A stretch of DNA of 64,000 bases, taken from Alphaproteobacteria bacterium (lineage in GTDB: Bacteria; Pseudomonadota; Alphaproteobacteria; MPNO01; UBA830). Made by a program: the position numbers and the translations under genes. Of the stretch, positions 44,424 to 55,369 are shown piece by piece (positions within the stretch are counted from its first letter, which is position 1; each line of letters begins with the position of its first letter). Under the pieces are notes generated by a model. It searched no databases and was not told the origin of the DNA. It was given only the letters and a program-made list of their open reading frames with translations. The DNA lies in NCBI GenBank assembly GCA_964291215.2, contig OZ219790.1, forward strand, positions 704,001 through 768,000, read 5' to 3'.

Positions 44424-45503
44424 ATGACACTCATTCTTTCCAATGACGAAGTCGAATCGGTCCTCGAAATGCTGGAGCTTATTCCGGTCCTCGAAGAGGC
44501 CTATCTCGAGCTTGCAGAGGGCCGGGGGGCGAGCCGGCGCCGGTCGGATATCGTCACGCCGACGACGCTGCGCGAGGACGGGCTTTACGCTCTCAAGTCG
44601 ATGGACGGAGTGATACCGAAGTTCGGCGTCGGCGCCATCCGCCTCAACTCGGACATCCTCACCTTCCCGCAGGCCGGCAACGAGATGCGCCGCGTCAAGG
44701 TCCCGGCGGCGCCGGGCGACCGCTATGTCGGGCTGGTGCTGCTGTTCAGCACCCATACCGGGGAACCCCTCGCCATCATGCCGGACGGCGTGATGCAGCG
44801 CGCCCGCGTCGGTGCGACCAACGCCATCGCCGCAAAGCACCTCTCCCGACAGGAGTCGCGCATCCTTGCCGTCCTCGGGTCGGGATGGCAGGCTGGTGCC
44901 CAGGTCGCGGCCCATTGCGCGGTTCGCCCGCTCGAGGAGATCCGCGTCTACAGTCCGAATGCTGGCCACCGCGAGGCATTCGCCGCGGAAATGGCCGAGG
45001 CCGCCGGCATTCCTGCGCGCGCCTGTGCCAGCGGCGAGGAGGCCTGCAGCGGGGCCGACATCGTCGCCTGCTCGACCAACGCCGTGATGCCGGTGTTCTT
45101 CCGGGGCTGGATCGAACCCGGCATGCATATCGGCACGATCCGCCCCGGGGCGACCGAGGTCGAACGCGGCGGCTGGGATCGCATCGACCTCTTCTGCGTC
45201 CTCGACCACGACGACAACGCCGAGCTCATCTATACGCACGGGGTGCAGGTCGGCGAGGACAAGGTCGGCAGCTACGGCGTCGAGCACGACGACTGGCATG
45301 CGTCCCTGCCATCGCTGCCCCAGATCATCTGCGGCCGGCGCAGCGGCCGCACGGACGACAACCAGGTAACCTGCTTTCTCAACAATCTCGGCCTCGGCTA
45401 CCAGTTTGCCGCTGCCGGCTATCTCGTTCACCGCAAGGCGCGAGACGCCGGGATCGGGCACGAGCTGCCGACCGACTGGTTCACGGAAACCGTGCATCCG
45501 TAA
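44424..45503 (+). CDS. Ornithine cyclodeaminase/mu-crystallin family protein
   Basis: LFS..TGEPLA, RVGAT, GSGWQA, ADIV..STN. Confidence 0.85.
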   Translation: MTLILSNDEVESVLEMLELIPVLEEAYLELAEGRGASRRRSDIVTPTTLREDGLYALKSMDGVIPKFGVGAIRLNSDILTFPQAGNEMRRVKVPAAPGDRYVGLVLLFSTHTGEPLAIMPDGVMQRARVGATNAIAAKHLSRQESRILAVLGSGWQAGAQVAAHCAVRPLEEIRVYSPNAGHREAFAAEMAEAAGIPARACASGEEACSGADIVACSTNAVMPVFFRGWIEPGMHIGTIRPGATEVERGGWDRIDLFCVLDHDDNAELIYTHGVQVGEDKVGSYGVEHDDWHASLPSLPQIICGRRSGRTDDNQVTCFLNNLGLGYQFAAAGYLVHRKARDAGIGHELPTDWFTETVHP

Positions 45504-45546
45504 CCGCCGCCGTCCACAAGCATCGGCGCATCCGGCCGGACGGACG

Positions 45547-46809
45547 TCACCGGCAGCTGTCCTCGACGAGGATGGCGCGGAAGTCGTTGACGTTGGTCAG
45601 CGTCGGCCCGGTCACGACGAGGTCCCCGAGCGCCGCAAAGAAACCGTAGCTGTCGTGCCTCTCGAGCATTGCGGCGGCGTCGAGTTCAAGCGCACGGGCG
45701 CGCTCGAGCGTGTCGGGCCCGATCACCGCTCCAGCGGCATCCCCGGTGCCATCGATGCCGTCGGTATCACAGGCGATGGCGTGGATGCCGGGCGCCCCGT
45801 CAAGCGCAATCGCAAGCGCCAGCAGGTATTCGCAGTTGCGCCCTCCGCTGCCCCCGGGGTGCGCAATCGTGACGGTCGTCTCGCCGCCCGAGACCGCGAC
45901 GCTGGCCGGCGCCATGCCAGCCGCCAGCACCGCGTGCCCGCATGCAAGATCGCGGGCCTCGCCCTCGAGATCGTCGCCGAGATTGACAGCCCGGAAGCGG
46001 TGACGTCGTGCACCCGCCATCGCGGCCTCGAGCGCGTCCGCAGGACGGACAACGATCCGGTAGTCGGCACCGGACAGCGCCGGATCGCCTGGCTTCACCG
46101 ATTCCCAGCGGCCCGCCTCCAACGCGTCGCGGGCGGCAGGCGGAAGCGGAATACGGTATTTTCGCGCGATCGCCAGCGCATCGGCGCAGCTTGCCGGGTC
46201 GGGAGCAGTCGGGCCGGAGCCGATGACCGAGGGATCGTCTCCGGGCACATCGGAGATGGCAAGGGTCGCGACCCGCGCCGGACTTGCGGCAACCGCAAGG
46301 CGGCCTCCCTTGATGCCTGACAGATGGCGGCGCAGGCAGTTCATCTCGCCGATCGATGCGCCCGACGACAGCAGCGCACCGTTGACGGCCTGCTTGGCCG
46401 CAAGATCGAGGCCATGAGCAGGCCGCACAAGCAGTGCCGACGCGCCGCCCGATATCAGGAACAGCAGCAGGTCGTCCGGCCCGAGTGCCGTCGCTTCATC
46501 GAGAAAGCGCTCTGCAACCGCCGCACCCACCGCGTCCGGCACCGGATGGCCGGCCTCCACGACCTCAACGCGACGGCAGGCCAGAGCGTGCCCGTAGCGA
46601 ACGACCGCCACGCCATTGAGCCGCCGAGGCCAGATGTCCTCCACGGCGCGCGCCATCGCGGCCCCGGCCTTGCCGGCGGCAAGAACAAGGGTACGCCCCG
46701 GAGGCGGCGCCGGCAGATGGCGGCTGACGGCCGCCGCCGGATCGGCGGCGGCGACCGCATCAGCAAACATGGCGCGAAGAACCGCCGCCGGATCATGCCC
46801 CGGAGTCAC
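45547..46809 (-). CDS. Glycerate 2-kinase / hydroxypyruvate reductase (MOFRL family)
   Basis: GKAG..MA, AGHPVPD, ISGGASAL, SDVPGDD..IGSGPT, GGETTV, TGPT.TNVND. Confidence 0.9.
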   Translation of the reverse strand: MTPGHDPAAVLRAMFADAVAAADPAAAVSRHLPAPPPGRTLVLAAGKAGAAMARAVEDIWPRRLNGVAVVRYGHALACRRVEVVEAGHPVPDAVGAAVAERFLDEATALGPDDLLLFLISGGASALLVRPAHGLDLAAKQAVNGALLSSGASIGEMNCLRRHLSGIKGGRLAVAASPARVATLAISDVPGDDPSVIGSGPTAPDPASCADALAIARKYRIPLPPAARDALEAGRWESVKPGDPALSGADYRIVVRPADALEAAMAGARRHRFRAVNLGDDLEGEARDLACGHAVLAAGMAPASVAVSGGETTVTIAHPGGSGGRNCEYLLALAIALDGAPGIHAIACDTDGIDGTGDAAGAVIGPDTLERARALELDAAAMLERHDSYGFFAALGDLVVTGPTLTNVNDFRAILVEDSCR

Positions 46810-47738
46810 CGAACGCTCCCGCGCCGTGCGATCGCGATGCCAGCCAGGACGACCGCGGCCGCCAGCCCCTGAAGAACCGTCATGTGCTCCCCGAACAGCA
46901 TCCAGGCCAGTGCCGCCGCGGCAACCGGCTGCACCAGCAGGCTGACCGAGGCGAACGCTACCGGAAGATGGGCCATCGCCCATGCGATCAGCCCCTGGCC
47001 CACGACCTGGGGCCCGGCAGCGAGCGCCGCCAGCACGAGCCACCCCGCAGCGGCTGCGGGGACCAGCTGTTCGCCGCTCAGCAGCGCGATCGGCAGCATG
47101 AACACGGCGCCGGCGGGGACGGCGTGGATCATGATAACGACTGTCGGAAAACGCCACCGCAGCCGTCCCACGGTCATCTGGTAGGCGGCATAGAAGACCG
47201 CCGTAAGCACGCCCAGGAGGTCGCCGGAGAATTGCGTCCAGCCGATGGAGAGGCTGGCACCGGTGAGCACCAGGGTCCCGGCAAGCGCCGCGGCAAGGCC
47301 AGAAAGATAGGTCCGGGTGACGCGGATGCGGAAGATCATCCAGCCCGTCAGCACGACGAACACCGGGGCCACGTTCGCGAGCAGAGTCGCGTTCGCGACC
47401 GTCGTCATCCGGATCGAGAGATGCCAGACGACAAGATCGCAGGCGAGGAACACGCCGGCGAGGCACATCATGGCGCGGTCCCGAGTCGTCGCCGGCGCAG
47501 CGGCTGCAGGCCGCGCCCCGGCCGCAGGCATCGCGATCGCGCAGTAGAGAGGAATCGCCAGCAGCAGCCGGTAGAAGCCGGTCGCGGTCGAACCGACATC
47601 GCTCAGGCGCACCAGAATCGGTGCCAGGGCGATGATCATTGCGCCTGCAAGGAGCGCCGCCAGCGCGAGGCGGCCGCTGCCGGGCGCTGCAACGGCGGTG
47701 GCTCGGGAACGGGTCATCGGGCGCATGTATATCCGCAT
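46806..47738 (-). CDS. DMT/EamA family transporter
   Basis: About 10 hydrophobic helices in two EamA repeats. Start uncertain. Confidence 0.85.
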   Translation of the reverse strand: MRIYMRPMTRSRATAVAAPGSGRLALAALLAGAMIIALAPILVRLSDVGSTATGFYRLLLAIPLYCAIAMPAAGARPAAAAPATTRDRAMMCLAGVFLACDLVVWHLSIRMTTVANATLLANVAPVFVVLTGWMIFRIRVTRTYLSGLAAALAGTLVLTGASLSIGWTQFSGDLLGVLTAVFYAAYQMTVGRLRWRFPTVVIMIHAVPAGAVFMLPIALLSGEQLVPAAAAGWLVLAALAAGPQVVGQGLIAWAMAHLPVAFASVSLLVQPVAAAALAWMLFGEHMTVLQGLAAAVVLAGIAIARRGSVR

Positions 47739-47880
47739 GCCCGCGCCACTCCAACACGCTGCGGCCGGCCGCGCGCGGCGCCGGGACGGCCGTTCCAGGC
47801 GGTGCCTTTGCCAGCGCCGTCAAATGACCCTATATGCTTGGACACACGGACAGGACTTTGCTTCGCTCAGGGAGACCACC

Positions 47881-48177
47881 ATGGATAATTCAACTCGCAC
47901 CGAGCTCGAGGCCGCCGCCTTCCGCAGCCTCGTCGACCACCTCCGTGAACGCACGGACGTGCAGAATATCGACCTGATGAACCTTGCGGGGTTCTGCAGG
48001 AATTGCCTCAGCCGCTGGTACCAGGAAGCGGCTGACGAACGCGGCGTTCCGCTCGACAAGGACGGCGCACGCGAGATCGTCTATGGCATGCCGTTCGCCA
48101 AATGGCGCGAGAAGTACCAGACGGAGGCAACGGAGGAACAGAAGACCCGCTTCAGGGAAGCCTCCCGAAGCCACTGA
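47881..48177 (+). CDS. DUF1244 family protein
   Basis: ELEAAAFR.L..HL, DVQNIDLMNLAGFCRNCL. Confidence 0.85.
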   Translation: MDNSTRTELEAAAFRSLVDHLRERTDVQNIDLMNLAGFCRNCLSRWYQEAADERGVPLDKDGAREIVYGMPFAKWREKYQTEATEEQKTRFREASRSH

Positions 48178-48239
48178 CGGCCGGGGCTGGCGTTGCGCGG
48201 GCCCACACGGCACCGGCTTCAGCACAGGAGACAGGGGAC

Positions 48240-48503
48240 ATGCCAGACGGCACAGTATCGGGGGAACGGCTCATTTCCTTCCTCCAGAGGGTAGAACGGC
48301 TCGAAGAAGAAAAGGCCGCGTTGATGGCGGACATCCGCGAAGTCTACGCGGAAGCCAGAAGCGCGGGTTTTGATCCCAAGATCATGCGCAAGGTCGTGCG
48401 CCTGCGCGCGATGGACGACGGCGCACGCCAGGAAGAGGAAGACCTCCTCAACACCTACCTCGCGGCGCTCGGCATGCTTGGCGAGCGGAGCACCGCAGAA
48501 TAG
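48240..48503 (+). CDS. gapR: DUF2312 / GapR nucleoid-associated protein
   Basis: RVERLEEEK...DIREVYAEA.S.GFDPK.MR, Y..ALGM. Confidence 0.85.
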   Translation: MPDGTVSGERLISFLQRVERLEEEKAALMADIREVYAEARSAGFDPKIMRKVVRLRAMDDGARQEEEDLLNTYLAALGMLGERSTAE

Positions 48504-48512
48504 GAGGACGGC

Positions 48513-49373
48513 ATGCAGGCCGAAGACCGGGACGCACGAACCGACGACGCAATGCCCGCGGCAGGTGCCGGAGGCGGGATCGAGGCGATCCTGACCTACG
48601 GCGTCGACACCGGCGAGAAGATCGTCAACGAGACCATGAAGCACGGCGACATGAGCCGCCGCCGCCAGGGAACGGTCAAGGACCACACGATGACCATCCG
48701 CGACGGCCGCCCGCTTCGTGGCGGCTTCTCGCTCGAGGCAAACGGTTTCGAGTTCGTCGACCACGCCACGGCGATGACTGACTTCTTCGATGAGGACGAA
48801 CTCAGGACCGTCTACTACCCGGAGGTCGAAAGGCTGGTCCTGGAGCGGACCGGTGCGCAGCGCGTGCATGTCTTCGATCATACCGTGCGCTCGGGCGACG
48901 AGGCGACACGCAACGAGAGGCTGGTCCGCGAGCCGGTCGACCGGGTTCACAACGACTACACGGAATGGTCTGGCCCCAACCGCGTCCGCGAACTGCTGCC
49001 CGGAGAGGCGGACGCACTCCTGCAGCGCCGCTTCGCGATCATCCAGGTCTGGCGCGCGATTCGCAATCCCATCGAATCGGATCCGCTGGCCATCTGCGAT
49101 GCCAGAAGCCTGGCCGCAGAGGACCTCCTAGTCTCCGAACGGCGCTATCCTCACCGCGTCGGGCAGACCTACCAGATCGCCCACAACCCAGCCCACGATT
49201 GGTACTATTTCCCCCGCATGACCCGCAACGAGGCGCTGGTCTTCAAGGTCTACGATTCGGATACCGGCGGCACGGCGCGCTTTACCGCCCACACAGCGTT
49301 CGACGATCCGGCCACCACCGCTGATTCGCCGCCGCGCGAAAGCATCGAGGCGCGTACCTTCGCCTTCTTCTGA
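48513..49373 (+). CDS. CmcJ/NvfI family oxidoreductase
   Basis: YYPEVE, VFDHTVR, VHNDYT, PLAICDARS, HTAF.DP, RESIEAR. Confidence 0.8.
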   Translation: MQAEDRDARTDDAMPAAGAGGGIEAILTYGVDTGEKIVNETMKHGDMSRRRQGTVKDHTMTIRDGRPLRGGFSLEANGFEFVDHATAMTDFFDEDELRTVYYPEVERLVLERTGAQRVHVFDHTVRSGDEATRNERLVREPVDRVHNDYTEWSGPNRVRELLPGEADALLQRRFAIIQVWRAIRNPIESDPLAICDARSLAAEDLLVSERRYPHRVGQTYQIAHNPAHDWYYFPRMTRNEALVFKVYDSDTGGTARFTAHTAFDDPATTADSPPRESIEARTFAFF

Positions 49374-49385
49374 CGCCATCGCAGC

Positions 49386-49409
49386 GCCGGCGGGCGGCCG
49401 CCCGCCGGC
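49386..49409. terminator. GC-rich palindrome between convergent genes, possible terminator
   Basis: GCCGGCGGGCGG-CCGCCCGCCGGC; no U-tract. Confidence 0.35.
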
Positions 49410-49449
49410 ATGCCCCCAACCGGCGAGAGCTCCAAGGACAGCGGTCAGG

Positions 49450-50151
49450 TCAGAATTTCTCCGTCCACGGCCGCAACTCGACTTCCCAGGTCCATGCCGT
49501 GCGGTGCTGACGGTGAACGTGAAGATAGGTCTTCGCGATCTCGTCAGGCAGCAGCATCGCATCTTCGCCGCGCTCTGCGCTCCGCCGGTCGTCAGGTCCC
49601 TGGAGAATGCCGCCGTCGATCACGAAATGCGCGACATGGATGTTCTGCGGCTGCAATTCGCGGGCAAGCGACTGGGCGAGGCCGCGCAAGCCGAACTTGC
49701 CCATCGCGAAGGATGACGAATTGGGGTAGCCCTTGACGCTCGCCGAGGCGCCGGTCAGCAGGATCGAGCCGCCGCCGCGCGCGATCATCTGCCGGGCCGC
49801 CGCCTGGGCGACCAGGAAGCCGCCGAAACAGGTGATCTCGATTGCCGTCCGGACCGCCTCGGGATCAAGATCCTGCACCGGACCCCGGGCGCGGTTGGAG
49901 GGATTGTAGACCACGATGTCGGGTTCGCCGATATCCGCGGTCACGCTTTCGAACAGGCTCGCTACCTGCGCGGGATCGCTGGCATCGCAGGCGTGGGCCC
50001 GCGCACCGGTCTCGCTGCACAGCGCGTCAAGCTTGCCGGGGTTGCGCGCCGCCAGAGCCACCGTCATTCCCTCGGTCGAGAACAGCCGCGCCAGGGACGC
50101 GCTCAGTCCGCGCCCGGTTCCGACAATCAGGGCCTTTTCGCCGTCAGCCAT
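49450..50151 (-). CDS. SDR family oxidoreductase
   Basis: G.GRGL, TGASAS, KFGLRGLAQS.AREL, ELRPW.EKF. Confidence 0.88.
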   Translation of the reverse strand: MADGEKALIVGTGRGLSASLARLFSTEGMTVALAARNPGKLDALCSETGARAHACDASDPAQVASLFESVTADIGEPDIVVYNPSNRARGPVQDLDPEAVRTAIEITCFGGFLVAQAAARQMIARGGGSILLTGASASVKGYPNSSSFAMGKFGLRGLAQSLARELQPQNIHVAHFVIDGGILQGPDDRRSAERGEDAMLLPDEIAKTYLHVHRQHRTAWTWEVELRPWTEKF

Positions 50152-50245
50152 CTGCCCGCTTCCTTTCGTTTCGGAGTTCCATTCCGCATATCGCCTGCCG
50201 CATCCCGCGGCGTGGAGATCCGCGCCCGCCTCCCGACCGATATAC

Positions 50246-52018
50246 CTATCGGTAGAGGGATTCAAGATCGTCGCCGAATCTTGCCCGGATCGCGTGGCGC
50301 CTGATCTTCATCGACGGCGTCATCATCGAGTTTTCGATCGTGAACGGCTCGGCGACAATGATGTGCTTCCGGACCCGTTCGATGACCGAGAGGTTGATGT
50401 TCACGCGATCGACGGCATCCGATACCGCCTTTCTGAAGTCCTCATCCTGCACCAGCCCCTCGAGATCGCCAGGCTTGTCGGCGGCGGCCCAGTCGGCCGC
50501 GAATTCCGGATCGGGTACGACCAGCGCCACGAGGTAGGGCTTGCGGTCGCCGGTCACCATCGCCTGCAGAATTTCGGGCTGCAGGGTCAGGAAACCCTCG
50601 ATCCGCTGCGGCGAGATATTGTCGCCCCCGGAATTGACGATGATGTCCTTCTTGCGATCGGTGATCAGCAGGTAACCAGCCTCATCGAACTCGCCAATGT
50701 CCCCGGTATGCAGCCAGCCATCCTTCACCGTCTCCCCGGTCTCTTCGGGTTTGCCCCAGTATCCGTTCATGACAAGTTCGCCACGGACGAGGATTTCGCC
50801 GTCATCCGCAATCTTCACCTCGGTGTCGGCGACCGGGGGGCCCACCGTCCTGATGCGGTTTCTCCTGCCCGGAAGGTTGCAGCTGATGATGGGCGCGGAC
50901 TCGGTCATGCCGTAGCCCTGAAGCATCTCGACACCGAGCGCCAGGAAGAACACGCCGATGTCGTAATTAAGGGGTGCGCCGCCCGAAACCATCGCCTTGA
51001 GACGCCCTCCGAACCGCGCCGCCACCTTGGCGCGAACGAGCCTGTCGAGAAGTCTGTCGAGCAGGTGATCGGTGATCGGGATCGGCTGGCCCTCGTACCG
51101 CTTCCGGCCGATCGAGACGGCCTTCATGAACAGTTTCTCCGACAGGCCGCCCTTTTGCCTCAGTCCCTTGACGATGCGCCCGTGCATCGTCTCGTAGAGC
51201 CTCGGCACCGCGGTCATGATGGTGGGCCGGACCTCCTCCATGTTCGCAGCGAGACGGTCGAGACCTTCGCAGTAGTAGATTTCGGCCTTGATCGACAGCG
51301 GGAAGAAGAGGCCAGCCGTGTGCTCGTAGGAGTGCGACAGCGGCAAAAAGGACAGGAAACGTTCCCGTCCGAGGCCGAGCTCGAGGAGCAGCTCATAAGC
51401 CCCCTTGCAATTGGCAAGGACCGCCCCGTGGCTGAGCATGACGCCCTTGGGCGCGCCACCGGTCCCGGAGGTGTAGATCAGGCACGCGGTATCGGTACGC
51501 ACCATTGCCGAGAGGTCCGGCAGGACCCCCGAATGACGCTCGACCAGTTCCGGCCACGATTCGATGCGGACGCCGCCGACCGCATCGTCGCCGTCGAGCG
51601 CTTCCATCGTGATGACGAACTCGAGCCCCGCCTCCGCGGCCGCCGGCAGGAAATTCCTCGCGGGGGCCGGTCCGGACAGGATCGCGCCCCTGGCGCCGCT
51701 GTCCCGAAGGACATGCAGATGGTCCGCCACGCTGTTGGTGACATAGAGCGGAACCGAGATCGCGCCAGCCGCCATGATGCCGACATCGGCGACCATCCAT
51801 TCGGGACGGCTCTCGGACAGCAGCGCGATGCGGTCGCCGGCCTCGACGCCGAGCGCGCCGAGCGCCGAGCCAATCGCGCCGGTGGCGGAACGCGCCGCAG
51901 CGGCGGTCGTCTCCTGCCATTCGCCGCGACGCTTGGCTGCCAGCAGGGTCTGGTCGCCCATCTCCGCGGTGCGGTCAAAGAACATTGCAGGCAGGCTGGA
52001 ACAGGAATCGTAATCCAT
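50246..52018 (-). CDS. Long-chain fatty acid-CoA ligase
   Basis: YTSGTGGAPKG, QGYGMTE, GWLHTGD, ITDRKKD. Confidence 0.9.
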   Translation of the reverse strand: MDYDSCSSLPAMFFDRTAEMGDQTLLAAKRRGEWQETTAAAARSATGAIGSALGALGVEAGDRIALLSESRPEWMVADVGIMAAGAISVPLYVTNSVADHLHVLRDSGARGAILSGPAPARNFLPAAAEAGLEFVITMEALDGDDAVGGVRIESWPELVERHSGVLPDLSAMVRTDTACLIYTSGTGGAPKGVMLSHGAVLANCKGAYELLLELGLGRERFLSFLPLSHSYEHTAGLFFPLSIKAEIYYCEGLDRLAANMEEVRPTIMTAVPRLYETMHGRIVKGLRQKGGLSEKLFMKAVSIGRKRYEGQPIPITDHLLDRLLDRLVRAKVAARFGGRLKAMVSGGAPLNYDIGVFFLALGVEMLQGYGMTESAPIISCNLPGRRNRIRTVGPPVADTEVKIADDGEILVRGELVMNGYWGKPEETGETVKDGWLHTGDIGEFDEAGYLLITDRKKDIIVNSGGDNISPQRIEGFLTLQPEILQAMVTGDRKPYLVALVVPDPEFAADWAAADKPGDLEGLVQDEDFRKAVSDAVDRVNINLSVIERVRKHIIVAEPFTIENSMMTPSMKIRRHAIRARFGDDLESLYR

Positions 52019-52134
52019 GGTGATCCCCTTGGCGAAGCCGAAAACGTGACCTATATCGTTACGGGATCCTCGAATCCCCGCCTTAGCTACCCGATGGTGC
52101 GCGTTGCCGCAACGGGACTTCGCCGGAACCGCAG

Positions 52135-53925
52135 ATGACCAACCCGCAGGCACAACACCACGACGAGATCGGAAACCTCCCGAACTGGGACCTGAGCGAT
52201 CTCTATTCCGGTCCCGATTGCCCGGCGCTCGATGACGATCTCGCGCGTGCGGAACGCGACGCGACCGGATTCGCCAAGAGCTATCGCGGCAGGCTCGGGG
52301 ACCTCGACGGCGACGGACTCGGAGCCGCAATCGCGGCCTACGAGGCCATCGAGGACATCCTCGGGCGCATCACGAGCTATGCCCAGCTCGCATACGCCGG
52401 GAACCTTTCCGATCCTGGCATCGCGCGCTTTCACCAGACGGTGTCGGAGCGGGTCAACGACATCTCGTCCCACCTCGTCTTCTTCCGGCTCGAACTCAAT
52501 GGCATAGATGACGGGATTCTGGCGGGCCAGATGCAGGGTGCCGCTGCCCGGTACCGGCCCTGGATCGACGATGTACGCGCCTTCCGTCCGCACCAGTTGA
52601 GCGAGGACATCGAGCGCCTGCTCCACGACAAGCGCGTCGCGGCGCGCGCGGCCTGGACGCGGCTCTTCGAAGAGGTGATGGCCGACATGCGCTTCGAGCT
52701 CGACGGCGGCAGCCTGACCTCGGAAGAGATCCTGAACCGTCTTTCGGACCCCGACGAATCGCTGCGCCGCCGCGCGGCCACGGCGTTCGGCGCGGAGCTT
52801 GCGCGTCACGGCCGGGTGTTCTCGCTGATCACCAACACGCTCGCCAAGGACAAGGAGATCGAGGACAAGTGGCGCAACTTCGAACGCCCCCAGTCCTCGC
52901 GCAACCTGTCGAACCAGGTCGAGGACAAGGTCGTGGACGCCCTGAACACGGCGGTCCGCGGCGCCTTTCCGCGGATCTCCCACCGTTACTACCGGCTGAA
53001 AGCCGGCTGGTTCGGCAAGGAGGCGCTCGACCACTGGGACCGCAACGCACCGCTTCCGGGAGCGGAGGATCGCGTGATCCCATGGCGCGAGGCCAGGGAT
53101 ACCGTGCTCGCGGCCTATGGTGACTTCTCCGGCGAACTCGCCGACATCGGCCGTCGCTTCTTCGACAATGCCTGGATCGACGCGCCCGTGCGTGAAGGAA
53201 AGGCGCCGGGCGCCTTCGCGCACCCGACGGTGCCCTCGGCGCATCCCTACCTTCTCCTCAACTACCAGGGCCGCGTGCGCGACGTGATGACGCTGGCCCA
53301 CGAACTCGGCCACGGCGTGCACCAGATCCTCGCTGCCGATTGCGGCGCGCTGATGGCGGACACGCCGCTAACTCTGGCCGAGACCGCGTCGGTCTTCGGC
53401 GAAATGCTGACCTTCCGCCGCGTTCTCGCGGCCGAGGACGATCCGCGGCGGCGGCGGATCATGCTCGCATCGAAGGCCGAGGACATGATCAACACCGTGA
53501 TCCGCCAGATCGCGTTCCACAATTTCGAACTCCAGGTGCACGAGGCGCGCCGCGAAGCCGAGCTCACGGCGGAGGATATCTGCAACATCTGGATCGACAT
53601 CCAGGGCGAGAGCCTCGGACCGGCGGTTCGCTTCGACGAGTCCTACCGCTGGTACTGGACTTACATCCCTCACTTCGTTCATTCGCCGTTCTATGTCTAC
53701 GCCTACGCGTTTGGCGACTGCCTCGTGAACTCACTCTACGCTGTTTACGAACGTGCGTCTGAAGGTTTCGCGGAGAGGTATCTCGACATGCTCCGCGCCG
53801 GCGGCACACGGCAGCACCGCGAACTCCTCGCACCCTTCGGGCTCGATGCATCGGACCCCGCTTTCTGGAACGGCGGCCTCGGGGTCGTCAGCGGACTGAT
53901 CGACGAACTCGAGGCCATGGGCTGA
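52135..53925 (+). CDS. M3 family oligoendopeptidase F
   Basis: WDLSDLY, GK..GAF, HELGH, AETAS, FYVYAY. Confidence 0.92.
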   Translation: MTNPQAQHHDEIGNLPNWDLSDLYSGPDCPALDDDLARAERDATGFAKSYRGRLGDLDGDGLGAAIAAYEAIEDILGRITSYAQLAYAGNLSDPGIARFHQTVSERVNDISSHLVFFRLELNGIDDGILAGQMQGAAARYRPWIDDVRAFRPHQLSEDIERLLHDKRVAARAAWTRLFEEVMADMRFELDGGSLTSEEILNRLSDPDESLRRRAATAFGAELARHGRVFSLITNTLAKDKEIEDKWRNFERPQSSRNLSNQVEDKVVDALNTAVRGAFPRISHRYYRLKAGWFGKEALDHWDRNAPLPGAEDRVIPWREARDTVLAAYGDFSGELADIGRRFFDNAWIDAPVREGKAPGAFAHPTVPSAHPYLLLNYQGRVRDVMTLAHELGHGVHQILAADCGALMADTPLTLAETASVFGEMLTFRRVLAAEDDPRRRRIMLASKAEDMINTVIRQIAFHNFELQVHEARREAELTAEDICNIWIDIQGESLGPAVRFDESYRWYWTYIPHFVHSPFYVYAYAFGDCLVNSLYAVYERASEGFAERYLDMLRAGGTRQHRELLAPFGLDASDPAFWNGGLGVVSGLIDELEAMG

Positions 53926-53971
53926 CGCCTGGGACCTGCGCCCCGTCCCGGCCATCGGAAGCAGCACATCG

Positions 53972-55324
53972 ATGACGCCTTCGGATGAAACAGACACGCT
54001 GTCCGGGCGCATGCGCCGCTATGCCCGCGTCGGCCGCGCCGTCGGCGGCCTCGCCGCCAGCCTGGCGGGACAGCGTTATCTGGGCGTCGACCTCGACAGG
54101 TCAAGACACGCCGGCGAACTCGCCCAGGCGCTCGGCAACCTCAAGGGACCGTTGATGAAGGTCGCGCAGATCATGTCGACGATTCCCGACATGCTGCCCG
54201 AGGAATATACGAAAGAGCTTGCCAGCCTGCAGTCGAACGCGCCGCCCATGGGCTGGCTGTTCGTCCGCCGGCGCATGAACTCCGAACTGGGCGCCGGATG
54301 GCAAGACCGCTTCCGGAGTTTCGAGAGGGACGCCGCGGCCGCGGCGTCGCTCGGACAGGTCCATCGCGCAGTCCATGACGACGGGCGCCAGTTCGCCTGC
54401 AAGCTGCAGTACCCCGACATGAAGTCCGCGGTCGAGGCCGACCTCCGGCAGCTGCGCACGGCGCTGGCGATCTATCACCGGTACGACAAGGCCATCAACC
54501 CGGCGGACATCCGGGGCGAGATTGCGGATCGCCTGCGCGAGGAGCTGGACTACGATCTCGAGCGCCGGCATATCGAACTCTACCGCTACATGCTGCGCGA
54601 CGAGACTGCGGTCCACGTCCCGGAACCTGTTCCCGAACTGTGCACGCCGCGCCTGCTGACAATGGGCTGGCTCGATGGGGCGCAGATGCTCGACAGGCTC
54701 GAAGACGACCAGGAAACTCGTAACCGGATTGCCCGCAACATGTTCCGCGCATGGTACGTGCCGTTCTACGAATATGGCGTCATTCACGGCGACCCGCATC
54801 TCGGCAACTACACCGTGCGCGACGACGCGACGATCAACCTCCTCGATTTCGGGTGCATCCGCATCTTTCCCCCGAGCTTTGTCGCCGGCGCAGTCGACCT
54901 CTACCGTGCGCTTGAGACCCGCGACGACGATCTTGCAGTACACGCCTACGAAGGCTGGGGGTTCACGGGGCTCAACCGCGAAGTCATCGGGATTCTCAAC
55001 ATGTGGGCAGAGTTTCTCTACGGCCCCCTGCTCGAGGACCGCACGCGGCGTATCGAGGACAGCGGCGACACCATGTACGGCGCCAGGGTCGCGGAAAAGG
55101 TCCACGCGGAACTGCGGCGCATCGGCGGGGTGACGCCGCCCAGGGAGTTCGTGCTGATGGACCGGGCCGCGATCGGCCTCGGCTCTGTCTTCCTGCGCCT
55201 AAAGGCCGAGGTCAACTGGCACGAACTCTATCGCAGCGTCTCGGGCAGGTTTTCGACGGCAGCGCTGGAGACGGCCCAGACCGCGGCCCTCCGGGCGGCC
55301 GGGATCTCGCCGACCGCGACCTGA
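53972..55324 (+). CDS. ABC1/UbiB/AarF family atypical kinase
   Basis: LKGP.MK..Q, AAASLGQVH, KLQYP, HGDPHLGN, LDFG. Confidence 0.9.
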   Translation: MTPSDETDTLSGRMRRYARVGRAVGGLAASLAGQRYLGVDLDRSRHAGELAQALGNLKGPLMKVAQIMSTIPDMLPEEYTKELASLQSNAPPMGWLFVRRRMNSELGAGWQDRFRSFERDAAAAASLGQVHRAVHDDGRQFACKLQYPDMKSAVEADLRQLRTALAIYHRYDKAINPADIRGEIADRLREELDYDLERRHIELYRYMLRDETAVHVPEPVPELCTPRLLTMGWLDGAQMLDRLEDDQETRNRIARNMFRAWYVPFYEYGVIHGDPHLGNYTVRDDATINLLDFGCIRIFPPSFVAGAVDLYRALETRDDDLAVHAYEGWGFTGLNREVIGILNMWAEFLYGPLLEDRTRRIEDSGDTMYGARVAEKVHAELRRIGGVTPPREFVLMDRAAIGLGSVFLRLKAEVNWHELYRSVSGRFSTAALETAQTAALRAAGISPTAT

Positions 55325-55369
55325 TACAATGCGTCACACTTCCCGCGTGCCCCTGAAACGGAACCAGCC